From positions 101,184,001-101,248,000 of the forward strand of contig NW_026262723.1 of the NCBI RefSeq assembly GCF_021869535.1: 64,000 bases of DNA, in the 5' to 3' direction. The position numbers were made by a program, and so were the translations under genes. Positions 24,907-54,631 of the stretch are shown here, in pieces (within the stretch, counting starts at the first letter, position 1; each line of letters begins with the position of its first letter). Source of the stretch: Mytilus californianus (lineage: Eukaryota). The notes beneath the pieces are model-generated. The model made no database searches, was not told where the DNA came from, and saw nothing but the letters and a program-made list of their open reading frames with translations.

Positions 24907-27900
24907 TCACAAAGCACTGCTTTCAAGAAGGTCAGTTTTACTGTCATCTTTCAGAAGTTTAAATGCTTCGTCAATCTGTGCTATTGGTGCCCTACTTTGG
25001 TCAGTATTTACATCTCCACTTTGGTTCCTGGCAGTCATCAAATTAGTTAGATATGAAGAAATGTCGCTCTGTGATGCCTTAAAAGCTTGATTTTGAGAAC
25101 CCGCAGTTTCTCCAGTCGGACCAAAAGCTTGATTTTGAGAACCCACATTTTCTGCAGTCGGACTAGACATATTTGACATGTAGATAGGTTGAAGGAATGG
25201 TTGTTGACAAGCAACCCCTACTAATGCACGTACAAGTTCACGTACAACATCGCCATAATCACCATTTGGTACCATTTCTGAGATGGTTCGGTTCATTTGG
25301 ACCGAAGGACCAAACACTGAATCATCAAGATTACTTACACAACTGGAAGCTTCACTAATACTGTCACGTGGTTCTGCCGTGTCTGCACTTGTAACTCGAC
25401 TTGCATGACGTTTTTTCGTTGTTCGTGTGACAGACCCTGCCGTTGAATTCATTGCTTTCTTTGGAGGTTTAAAACAACACGCAAGGCAAGGGACTCGCTT
25501 AGACAATGCCTCTCTGAATTTTGGATGACTGAATGCATAAACAATGGGATTGTGCATAGCACATGCTTTTGCTAACAAAACTGGAAGTTCGGAAAGTAAA
25601 GGAGTCACCCAATTTGTTGGTCCAAATTGGCCAATTAGAGCAACAGTTGCATAAGGGCTCCATGATAGCATATAGAGAAAAAAAATGCCCATAGCAATTT
25701 TTGCAATTCTAACTTCAGCTCTGGTTTTCTCTTGGTTTTTTCGAATATCATCTGCCTTCAGTTTCTTTGCCATTATTATCATTTCTTTTTCATGATTACG
25801 GATTGCTTGTATTATCAATATATAACAAGCGATTATTATAACAAGCGGAAGGGCAAAATCCCCAATGTACATTCCGAAAATGTAAGAACGATTATTTGCC
25901 GATCTGGTTAGGTAATCAAATGTGCAAGACGTTTGGAAGCCTTCTGGTATATATGCTCCCCATCCAAATATAGGCGGAACAGCCCAAATAAGCGACCATA
26001 TCCAAACTATACCGATCATCATAAGCGCATTTTTCTTGGTCATGAATCTGACAGACGTAAGAGGGTAGGCTATATTAATGTAGCGATCGATAGATATAGC
26101 AGCCAGTGTATTGATGGACATCAGACCGAACAATCCACCTATGAAGCCGTAAAATTGGCAAGCTGAAATAATAAATATTTAGTATTGTGAAAAAAGTTCG
26201 TAATGATTTTGAACTTTTTTTGATGTGTGTTTATTCGAGATCAATGAAAAACATATAAGCAAACGAAATAAAAAAAAAAAAAAAAACCAAACAAATATGC
26301 ACATCATGGGTAAACAAGCTTTTTAAATTTGGTTTTGTTTTTGCTTCATCCTTTTTTGTAACCTTCGTATGAACCTATCTGTACTTAGGCTAAGTGAACC
26401 TCAGACGTTTCAGCTACATTAAAGTCCATTTGAGTCATATATCTCTTGATGTATTTATACATCAGCAGAATGATCCGAGTGTTCCTTAAGAAGTGTATCC
26501 AGTGAGTGTTATAACATGCAATATGTTTCTGTTTGATCTAATGATAAAGACTATGTTTGTTGATGTCTCACCATATGTTTATATATAAAGTATTTACATG
26601 GAGATCAAAGACTTCCATGTCATGTTGTACCTTATTGAAAGTTTAAAACGTGCGTCAGGTTTGTTGTATGTTTCACTGAACAGTTGTAACTCATGTTTTA
26701 ATTATTTTTAATCCCTACCTACGTCACCCCACATCCACTTTGTATTAAAGGCTGATATGGTCAGTAACGGAAAACCATTAACAAGAGAGAAAGTGAAGTC
26801 GCTGAGGGCTAAATTTATTATCAGCATGTTGGAGGGTGTCTTTAGATGCTTAGTCCTGAAATAGATATTTAGATTAGTATATATATATATATATATATAT
26901 ATATTACAAAGAAAATTCAGTAAATTGAAGTTATACCGAAGAAAATAAAAAATCAACCCCGTTAGTGTAGCCGAATTTAAGTATTGTGTAAGGTTGGTTA
27001 AATTCAAACAAGCTACCCTTTTTCCATAAATGTATAAGATGAAGATGTTATTTTATTATAATTATGTTCTCTACATTCAAAAAGCTACCTAAGCATCTTA
27101 AATAGCTACCTCACTAGATTGAAATTAAAATTCGATGACTTTTTTTAAAGAATCTTTATCATATTCTGAGATTTCAACAAACGATTTCTTACATCAAAAT
27201 TTGAAAAGAATGTTTTTTTTCTGAATGATAAATTTTAAAGCAGAAAGATCATTTTGTCTATTTGACTTATGGTTTCACAATTGTATGACATTAGTTTTGC
27301 TCTTATCTAGTTTACCACTTTCCGTTATTAAAAATTTTCAAAATCTTGGCCTTTCAATTAAAATTTGCCTATACCATATCTATTTACTTGTTAAATTTAT
27401 ATAATCTTCTGATGCATAAACCAATTATTAATTTGTGTATAATTGCACCTCAAGTATTCCTTTATTTCTATGCATATTTATTATAATGATTTGGCCTTGT
27501 GTTTATGGTTCTTCTCTTAACTAAATCACAACCGAAATTTGATGACAGACGGACAGACGGCCTACATTTACAAAACACTGCTTTCAAATTATATAATAAA
27601 CATAAAATGTAAATTTAATATTACATATAGTTTTTTATTATTAAATATTCAAAACTTAATGAATAATTAAAATCAAACTGTTTGCGTTATTTCGCAAAGG
27701 TTTGCGTTATTTCGCAAAGGTTTGCGTTATAACGCAAACATAGTAAGAAATATATATAAAAAAAAATAACGTGTGGCGCTAATACGCTTCCGTACGTTGC
27801 TTTATTTGTTTTTGCACTTTTATGTTATCTGCGAGATTGTTTGTAAATAAACTCATTATAGATATCAGGATTAAAATTGTGTAGGCCAGATGCGCGTTTC

Positions 27901-29677
27901 GTCTACTAAAGACTCATCAGTGACGCTCAAATCAAAAGCGTTAAAAGGCAAAATAAAGTACGAAGTTAAAGAGCACTGAAGACCCTAAATTCCGAAAGTT
28001 TTTGTCCCTAAAAAATAACCAGGTTAATCTATTCCTGGGGTAGAAAATCCTTAGTATTTCGAAAAAATCAAAGTTTTGTAAGCAGTTAATTTATGATAAT
28101 GACCATATCAATGATAATTCATGTGCTGACTACTGGGCTGTTGATACTTATATGAACGTGTACAAGCTTTTGGCAAACATATTTAAGAATCTTGGTTTTA
28201 CAGTAATTCACTGAGAGTCCTATTTAAGAACCAGACAAGTGAAATGTAACGTATTTACTGATATGACATCCTCGGGGTTTAGACATGTACTGGCTTTATT
28301 TCTCGCAACTGATTCGAGAGAGGTTTAAAATAATGTCAAATTTGTCAATACTCACGGTAGATTTATCACGAAAATATTTTACTAGATTCTAGATTTGGTT
28401 TTAAAATTTTGGGAGGTAAATTTAACGAAAAGTTTCGTTGTTAGACGAGCAACAGAATAAACATACACAAACACATCATATACATAAACAAGAGGTCCAA
28501 AGTGATTTTAGATTTTTCACAGCAGCCAATACGATGTTTTGTCTTGTAAGTTTCTTTTAGTGATTGTGTTTGTTTGTTTGTTTGTTTGTTTTTGTTTGTT
28601 TTTGTTTTATTTGTTATTCGGACTAACGTCTTTTCACATCCATGTAATATTTTTGTCATAATATATATATTTCTTCTGCGTCCATTGAGGTACCACGTTT
28701 CTCCATTCGATGTGGTTTGTAGATGACATAATAATAGAATAAATACCCAAACATTTACATAAACAAAAGTGATAAAAAAAAAACAAAACAAAAAAACCCG
28801 ATTTTATTCATTTGTTTGTTTGTGTTTGTTTTATTTTGTTATGGATATATTCGTGTACTGCATTCAATGAGCTAAGAGGTTTCTCCATTCGATTAGATTG
28901 ATATTTGAATTGTCAAAATAGAAGACTGTCGAATCGGATGAGAAGATTTTTTAGATGATATATTTTGAAAGTCAGGCCTTACCTTTTGCATGAAAATGGC
29001 AAAACCATGGTTCGGCATAAAGATGAAATGGAATAATTCTCATCGAGTAGGCAGAACACAATAAGAGAAGTGAAAATAATAAACTTACGTGCTGAAAATC
29101 CATATGACAATTGAATTTCCAACTATTCCAGTAATCCCTACAATAGTTATGTATATCCCCACCATATAATGCCAGTGGTCAGGGATAGGACCAAACTGTT
29201 TCCAGTGTGGATGTATAAAGTAGTCATATGTATCGTAAATACTTGTACTGTTAGGTAGCGTCGGCGTCGTTCCATCTGATGTGTCGTTGTCAAAATTCAC
29301 ATCTGTAATAGTAAAATTGATTAATATCATTTCTAGAAGAAAACAGCAATTAAAGAGTTATATAAGTTAGCAGATGACTTAATAGAATTTTTCGAACCAG
29401 ACAATTAACCCACTTTGACAATAACTTTTTTTTCCCAATCTGACAATTAAGTAATTTCTCCCATGCCAACAAAGCCAGGTTATCCATTATTTAATTAAAT
29501 TCAAACTAAGGAAAAATCGGTCAACGTTCGTTTATCCAAAAGGAAAGCAACCATTTTAGTCTTTTAATCTCAAAATGAATTATTTCAAACATTTTCTTAT
29601 GTAAATGTATTTAGCAATTAGCACTTTTCGTTGACGCCTAAATTTTGTAAACATGCTTGTGCATACTTACTAGACAT
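24907..29677 (-). CDS. Rhabdomeric (Gq-coupled) r-opsin, upstream paralog, 537 aa. Exons 29677-29671, 29302-29089, 26855-26719, 26162-24907
   Basis: Same exon structure and phases as the paralog (1614 nt including TGA; exon 3 is 137 nt in both). Starts MSNVNFDNDTS. Has YFIHPHW, DRY, EGFQTSC, LAKACAMHNPIVYAFSHPKFR, and a long Ser/Thr-rich C-tail. Confidence 0.95.
27680..27739. repeat. Three 20-bp units, the last a perfect palindrome GTTTGCGTTATAACGCAAAC
   Basis: GTTTGCGTTATTTCGCAAAG twice, then the palindrome; no spacers. Confidence 0.85.
27883..27926 (-). ncRNA. Degenerate hammerhead motif (family 1) in opsin intron 2; repeat at ~27845-28150
   Basis: Reverse complement reads GCGTCA-CTGATGA-GTC..GAC-GAAA-C(GCGC)A-TC-TGGCCT, with mismatches in stem III and stem I. 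Confidence 0.7.
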
Positions 29678-29685
29678 TGTTCAAG

Positions 29686-29720
29686 TGAATAAAGTGGAAA
29701 ATTGAAAATAACGTTTTATA
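29686..29720 (-). promoter_or_regulatory. Putative TATA box and start region of the upstream opsin
   Basis: Minus strand TATAAAA at 29720-29714, 43 nt upstream of the ATG at 29677, followed by a pyrimidine-rich Inr-like stretch. Confidence 0.45.
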
Positions 29721-30436
29721 CAATAAGTTTTTTTTTACCGTAAGGATATAGGGCGTTTCAGGACTATATCTAACTAATTGTTACATTGTGTGCCTAAACA
29801 TCGCTCACACCAGAAAGTCTGATGCAAAATGATAAATGATTGTGTCAATTTCTTAAGGACAATCTGAGATCTTTGGATGGTACGACATGAATATACGCAA
29901 TCAGTTCAGATAGTTAAACATAATTCAATCCTCTCGCAAAATCCCTACACGAAGTGTCCTTACAATACAAGGCGGCATTTTACATATTTGTTTGTTTTTT
30001 TATTTTGGCATGTATGATATAATGTAGATTAAAATAAAAAAAAAATGTGTTTTTAGGCTGCTTTAGCATAAGTTATCATTTGGAGGGATTTCGGGTGTAG
30101 TCCTGTGTTTTGACACCTTAGCACTCGAAGACCCAATCAGTGCAAACAGGGTTGGCCGTCACGTTCATTTATTAATCGGAAGAAACACAAACGTTAATCG
30201 AACATTTCACCAAAGAAAAGTTAATCGTGATATCACACCCAAGGCTTAAATTGTTATCTAATGACTTGTTTGTCCATAACATTACAAATTTATCGGGTTT
30301 CTTAGTCGTGGAGAAGAAGTATGGCCAACAGTTTGTCAATAGAGGTGATTTGATTTTGTAATTAAAAAGTCTTATATATTAGGTCTGTTGAAGATATCAA
30401 AATTCTTTCTTGTTACTCGCTGTATGTGGCAGCATA

Positions 30437-48056
<17,620 letters not shown>

Positions 48057-48827
48057 ATAAAAAAGACGAAGAAACAAAAGAACTGTTCGCAGAAAAAGAA
48101 CTTTTTATTTATATATGGTCCATCAAAATAACACACATCCCAACCAATATATATGTATTCCAACGCATAAAATGTTATTATCAATTACACTTTTTGTAAA
48201 ATTCTTAAGACATATTTTAAATTCTTATCTTTGGAATACTTTTTAAGTACCGAGTATATCATCAAATGGAGATATAACAGTGTATACACATTTTATTAAT
48301 ACATCTATGTTTGTAAATAATGACATTCAGTTTCATAGTCAAAAAAATATTGATGTCATTTGGTAGTGTTAAACATATTTTTCTGTCAATTGGGGAAAAA
48401 AAAATCCGCTTCAGAAAATATTACCATTTAATCCTGACTGATAACAACACAACTGTACAATCGTAGTGTCACTTTTGATGTGTTTGTTTTAACACCTACT
48501 GCAGAATGTCTTGTGACATTCAAATCTGTATTTCATTGTATGAATCTCATAACTGATTATGTTTTACTCTATTTTTGATATGACAATAAAAAAGTTAAAA
48601 GGTAGTTGTTGCTATTAAATAAGTTATCATATACTTTTATCAAAGTAAAATAGCGTAATCATTTCCTAGTCAGGAGGCGAATTTCCGTATATATCGACAA
48701 CAAAAATGTAGAACAACACCACCTAAGGAGATTACTGGCAAATTTGACGAGGTCAGAATATTTATTTTCAACTTAAAACTGGCCGGATTATTTTTTTGGG
48801 ATCAATTTATTTTTCTTTATTTAGTAT

Positions 48828-49090
48828 CCCCCTGTTTCTTAAGCGGGTGGTGTATAGTTATGAGGAAGTCCGTCCGTCCGTCTGTTCGTCCTTCTGTCCT
48901 AATTTTGTATCCGCACTTGTTCCTGAACCGCTTGACTAAAATTTTGTGTAACTTTTACGTAATCTTACTCGCTTAATGACCTTTTGCATCTCTTCATCTG
49001 AATGATTTTTGGGGTGAACTTTGGGATGAACTGGATTTCGTCCTATCGGAACAAATGTGTATAGGCTTCTCCTCCTAAACCTCTAATCAT
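48828..49090. mobile_element. Non-autonomous Helentron-like fragment with (GTCC)n microsatellite
   Basis: A CCCC..GCGGGTGG..TATAG end motif is followed by GTCCGTCCGTCCGTCTG, a layout I associate with bivalve HINE-type repeats. Confidence 0.4.
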
Positions 49091-50869
49091 TATTTAAAAA
49101 TGTAAACAACAGTAGTTTACCGATGTTAAAATCTCATCAATTGACTGAGAAGATACAAAACAAGGTAACAAACAAAACCTGATGGAATAGCACGAACTCC
49201 AATACGTTAAAGAACGGAGGCGTCGACAGTCATGACCATAGAACAAACCATTGATCATGTAGTATAGATGTTATTCCATCACCTTTGAACATTTGTTAGG
49301 CAAATTACTTTTTTAGCCAAATTACTTATGTGACATGAACGTATTCATTGATTAAATTGAGAATGGAAACGGGGAATGTGTCAAAGAGACAACAACCCGA
49401 CCAAAGAGCAGAAAACAGCACAAGGCCACCAATACTTGCACACAATTAGAAACACGTCTAAATATCTGATGCTACCATGGATCCTCTCAGATCCTCAAAC
49501 ACCAATATACTATAGTATCTGATGCTACTACAGATCCTCTCAGACCCTCTAACACTAATATTTTCATCAAACGATTTGTCTTCAGTATTTTTCATTTAAA
49601 ACATTTCAACATCATACACATCAAAATTTAAGAACTATTTTTTACACTTATAAAATAAGGAGATACATATGTAGAATGATTGCCATGAAACAACTATCAA
49701 CAAAGATATCGAATATATACATATGTACGGGTCTTCTCTAGCAAGGAGCAAAGGCGCTCCGCTCTATTCAAACCTTTGGACGTTTTAAATGGCTACAAAT
49801 TAGCCATATGTTACATGACATTGTACATGTTCAGATACTAATAACGTATACATTCTGATGACAATTATTCATATCTTGTAGAACCTGATCGCCCCAATAA
49901 TTTCTTAATTCGTACACTTTTGCCAATCGTATCAAAACAAGTTATTTCGCCATCGATTATCATTAAACAGAACCAGTTTAAACAGAAAATGAGAAAAATG
50001 CGGTAATTTGAGTTTGCAGTCAAACACATACAAAAATGTAAGCATTGATAACATAATGTTGAAACAGAGCAACTAAAATCTGATGTCAGAACCCCAGTTT
50101 AAAAAAAAATGTAATTCATAAACTGCAAATTACAATCAAAATGTATCATTTTAATCATGATCAGTGTCTATTAAGCAGATTATACATTTGGGGACTGACA
50201 GTACACAATCATTGGTTAAGACCTAGACGTAGTACAATGAACGTGTGACATCAAGTTCAGTGTGCACGATATGTGTGTTCTCTCTTTCAAAAGCTATATA
50301 TAGACCATCACTGAACATCAGTAATAGGAAACCTTCAAGAACAGAAAAACTGCAGTTCAGTTATTGACTGCCGCTTTATTTATTGTGCATATCTTAGGTT
50401 TCTCATTTATGCTGTGTGAAAGCCATATAAAGTTTCCCAATGATTCAGATGCATGCTCTCTACATCTCAAATACTCTTCTTATGTGCACTACTTCACTTT
50501 TCCTCTTTTGGTCAGTTAAAATAATGAGATGTGGTATGATTGCAAATTAGACAACTATCCAATAGAGTCCAAAATGAAGCAGAATTAAGCAACTACTTGT
50601 ATAGGTCAACGACCTTCATTAATGAGCAAAAACCATACTGTATAATCAGCTATAAAAGGCTCCGACATGACAAAATGCGAAACAATTGCAAAAATAATAT
50701 CAAAAGCCTGATTTATTACAAAACAATAATCGGAAAACAATTATGACAGACAGTATGTTCATTGATATTGCAATGTAGGCCGCCTGAATTACTGGTGCTA
50801 TTCATGCTAAATTTCATGTCAATTTTCGGGGTAGTCTAAGTATTGCATTGTTTCTGTATTTTGCACAGT

Positions 50870-51570
50870 TTGGTTAATATGATGAACGCATCTATACCAT
50901 CGAACTTGAAATAAAGGATACAACAGATACAGTTAAGCCTGGCTCATATCTTGACTTACATCTAGAAATTGACAATGAGGGTCGATTGAGATCAAAACTT
51001 TACGACAAAAGAGATGATTTTAGCTTCCCAATTGTGAACTTTACATTTCGGTGTAGCAACATTTCAATCTCCCAGTTGATATGATATTCCAGAGCTTGCA
51101 TTTCCTATCATAATTTTCCTGATAGAGGTTACAAGGAAGCTATTAAATCAAGGGTTCCAAGTGGTGAAGTTGAAGTCATCACTTCGTTAATTTTACGGAC
51201 GCAATCACGAGTTGGTTGACCGTTATGGAAAATATGTTTCACAGATGACGACGGATATGTTCCAATTGTCGTTACCACAATCCCGTGTTTTTTTCAAAGA
51301 ATGTGACATCATCAAATTAGATTTTACTTACATGAGCAACACGACGAGTCCAACATGTGGAGCAGGATCGTCTCACCCTTCCGGAGCACATGAGAAAGGC
51401 TGAGATAACTCCCCGGTTTTTGGTGGCGTTCGTGTTGCATAGTCTTTAGCTTTCTATGTTGTGTTTGGATACTGTTGTTCTTTCTTTGATCGTTTTGTTT
51501 TTTTCCACGGTGTTGTCACTTTGTTATCAACTTATGAGTTTTGGATATCCCATTTGATATCTTCCGTCTC
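50870..51570 (+). mobile_element. Penelope-like RT C-terminal fragment (subfamily 1) with 3' tail
   Basis: ERIY.IELEIKD, SYLDLHLEIDNEGRL, LYDKRDDFSFPIVNF, FYGR.HELVDRYG, then the tail. Confidence 0.8.
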
Positions 51571-51697
51571 TATTTTATACGAGATTGTTGGGGAAATTCT
51601 GACAAAATCTAAGATTTCTGTGTCCGTAATAGTTTTGAATATTTGTTGTTATTTCCCTGCATGTGTGTGCTTCAGTGCAGATTCTCGACATCTAGAC

Positions 51698-52765
51698 AAA
51701 ACTAGAGGCTCTAAAGAGCCTGTGTCGCTCACATTGGTTTATGCACATATTCAACAAAGGACACTTTCCAACATTGTAGACAAAAATCTCTATTTTGTTA
51801 ATCTTGTATTGCTGATTATTTAGTCTGTTTAGTTTTTCTCTATCTTCTTTAGTTTTTGCACAAAACATAAAGGAGGGTAAAAAAAATCCTCATTTAAGGG
51901 CAATCACTCCTATAAAGAGTGACAGTTTACTAACTTTATCGGCAAAATTTGACTTGCTATTAGATCTTGCCTTGTTGATCATTTTGTGATTTAAAGTGTC
52001 TATTTATCTATTATAATTTTTATCATATAAGGCAAAATGCAAAAAAAAATGGTAAAAATCGTCATTGAAGAGCAATAACTCCAATAAGGAGTCGTTGGTC
52101 GGTTTCCTCTATTTGTCTTAACTGTAGATCTTGTCTTGCTGGTCATTTTTTGCTTATTTAAGTTTCTATCTATCTATTATCATTTTTAAGATATAGGAGA
52201 AAAACGCAAAAAAAAAATATGGTAAAAATCGCCATCAAAGGAAAACAACTCTAATAAGGAGTCGACTGACGATTTTGACCATGTTTCACTAATTTGTAGA
52301 ACTCGTCTTGCTGGTCATTTTTGCAATGTAAAGTTTCTCTCTATCTATTATAGTTTTCAAGATAATAGGCAAAAAAGAAAAAAAACTTGGCAAAATTTGT
52401 CATTTAAGGGCAATAACTCCTATAAAAAGGTCGTCTGACGTATATGAACAATTGGTAGAGCTCAACATTCAGAACATTTATGCTCCTCTCAGATTTTCTC
52501 TATTTATAACGGTTTTCAAAATAATAGACAAAACTTGCATTTTACCACTATGCTCCATTTTTAGCTAAGTCGGCCATCTTGGTTGACAAGCGGGGTCATC
52601 GGACACATTTTTAAAACTAGATCCCCTAATGTTGATTGTGGCCAAGTTTGGTTTAATTTTGGGCCAGTAGTTTCAGAAGAGAAGATTTTTGTAAAAGTAA
52701 ACGACGACGGACGACGGACGCCAAGTAATGAGAAAAGCTCACTTAAGGGCCAGGTGAGCTAAAAA
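51698..52765 (+). mobile_element. Helentron-like non-autonomous element (HINE-type) with about four internal ~170-bp tandem units
   Basis: 5' hairpin GAGGCTC-TAAA-GAGCC, internal units starting near 51890, 52060, 52230 and 52400, a GACG microsatellite at ~52700, and a 3' palindrome AGCTCAC..GTGAGCT followed by an A-run. Confidence 0.65.
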
Positions 52766-53083
52766 CGATTAAAACCATGTTAAGGGCATCTTGAACTTGC
52801 AGTAAGGCGAGAGCTTTAGATCCGCGTGGAAGGCCTCGCTGTGACTTTGAGATAAACAACAGCACTAGAAAAATGATAATTTCATGTTTTGTCATGTGCA
52901 TGATGGAATTTTAGTTCATGAATTGATACATTAAATTCATATGTTCAACTCTTATGACAAATCCAAATTCCGCTACCCCAGGAATAGATTACCTTAGCTG
53001 TTGGCAAAACCTTTAAATATTTTCGGTCTTCAATGCTCTTCAGCTTCGTATTTTATTTGGTCTTTTTAACTGTTTTAATTCGA

Positions 53084-53127
53084 GCGCCACTGATGAGTCT
53101 TTTGTAGAAGAAAAGCACGTCTGGCGT
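53084..53127 (+). ncRNA. Degenerate hammerhead motif (family 1); repeat at ~52970-53330
   Basis: GCGCCA-CTGATGA-GTC..GAA-GAAA-A(GCAC)GTC-TGGCGT; the stem II and stem III closing pairs are broken. Confidence 0.65.
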
Positions 53128-53655
53128 ACAAAATTTTAAACCTGGTATCCATAATTAGTTTATTTCCTGTTTCTGGTGTTGAGCATGTCATTTTGTATGA
53201 ACGACATCCGGGTTGATGCAACTACTGGTAGACTATGAGTCCCCAATGGAAAAACAGGCCTAGAAGCCAGTGATTTTGTATTGATACTTTAACTTATGGA
53301 AAATGTACAGTAAACTAAAAATGTAAGATCATAGGTACCAAAGAGGCAATCAAAAACATTAAGACAAAAAACAATGAATTTTAGGAGAGGACTATCTAAG
53401 TTGTGATAACTTGTGTCTGATCCTTTTTGTTATATGTAATAGCAAATAAAATATGTTTAAATGAAAGCAAAAAAGACAACTCCCTGGCCAAAAAAAGAAA
53501 AAACAAACAACAGTCCAAAAAAACTAAAAAAAAGCTTGACACAGAAACTTGATTATTGTGCATCACGATTCCATCAGAAACCCGAAGTTTACACAGGTTT
53601 TCAACAAAGGTAGGCAAACAAACCTTAATAACAGATACTAGGCTTAAAATTTTGT

Positions 53656-53699
53656 ACGCCAGACACGCGTTTCGTCTACAACAGACTCAAAGGTGACGC
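53656..53699 (-). ncRNA. Degenerate hammerhead motif (family 1); repeat at ~53630-53905
   Basis: Reverse complement GCGTCA-CCTTTGA-GTC..GAC-GAAA-C(GCGT)GTC-TGGCGT; the core is mutated but the stems are retained. Confidence 0.65.
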
Positions 53700-54631
53700 T
53701 CGAATAAAAAAGTTAAAGGCCAAATAAAGTACGAAGTTGAAGAGCGTTGCGGAACCAAAATTCCGAAAGGTTATCCCAAATATCTAAGATAATCAATTCC
53801 TGGGATAGGACATCCTTAGTATTTCGAACAAGTCAAAGGTTTGTAAACAGTTAATTTATAAATGTGACAAATATCCATAATAGAAAAGTGCTGACTACTG
53901 GGCTTCTGTTTCAACAGTGTGATCCGTCTTGTTTCGTAAGACAAGTGCTAAGTTACATTCCGTGATGTCATAAACGAGGAAAGGAGGACCGGATAAAATA
54001 TTTAAAATTTTGTAAAATACTTTAGTTGTCCAATGGCATGTAATTTAGCTACTTTTGGTGTAAATCATCAAAAGGAGTATGTCCTAATCTGCAGCTTTCC
54101 ACTGGAGAACAGTAATTTTACATTATTGGTACTCAGCATGACTTTTAAATAATTACCTAGATTCTAAGTAAGAACTACCGACCACTTGGAGTCTATAGTT
54201 CCAATATTTTTTAAATAAAAGTACACGAGATCACGATGTAATTTGCTGAATCAATGACAAGAAAATGTTTGCACCCAACTTTCAGGTCAATGCAAAACAT
54301 TTTTCAAGCATTGACGTCAAAGATTATAAATCACCGAAAAAGTCGATAAACATATATAATCTTTAAAATGAGTAAATAAACAGCCATCAAAGGGCATAAT
54401 GACACCTACATAGGTCCCAATTTTTAACAGATAGGGCATTTCAAACCAGTTGTTGTCTATATTTTATAAACAGGTCATTTTAGAGCATTTCCTTTATCCG
54501 TTTAAATAATCGTCTGTCAGAACAGGATTTTGGAAATTTCAGAACTACTTATCAACATTTGCATTTATCATTTTGTAGATAGTAAACACTGTTCTATATA
54601 GAAATATGTAAATAAGGATTTATAAGTACAC

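Noticed and set aside
16671-29677. The two opsin start codons are exactly 13,000 bp apart
   Set aside because: Coincidence: intron and spacer lengths differ between paralogs and are full of independent insertions.
50100-50520. Possible coding remnant on the minus strand
   Set aside because: All frames have stops, and I could not recognise a domain.
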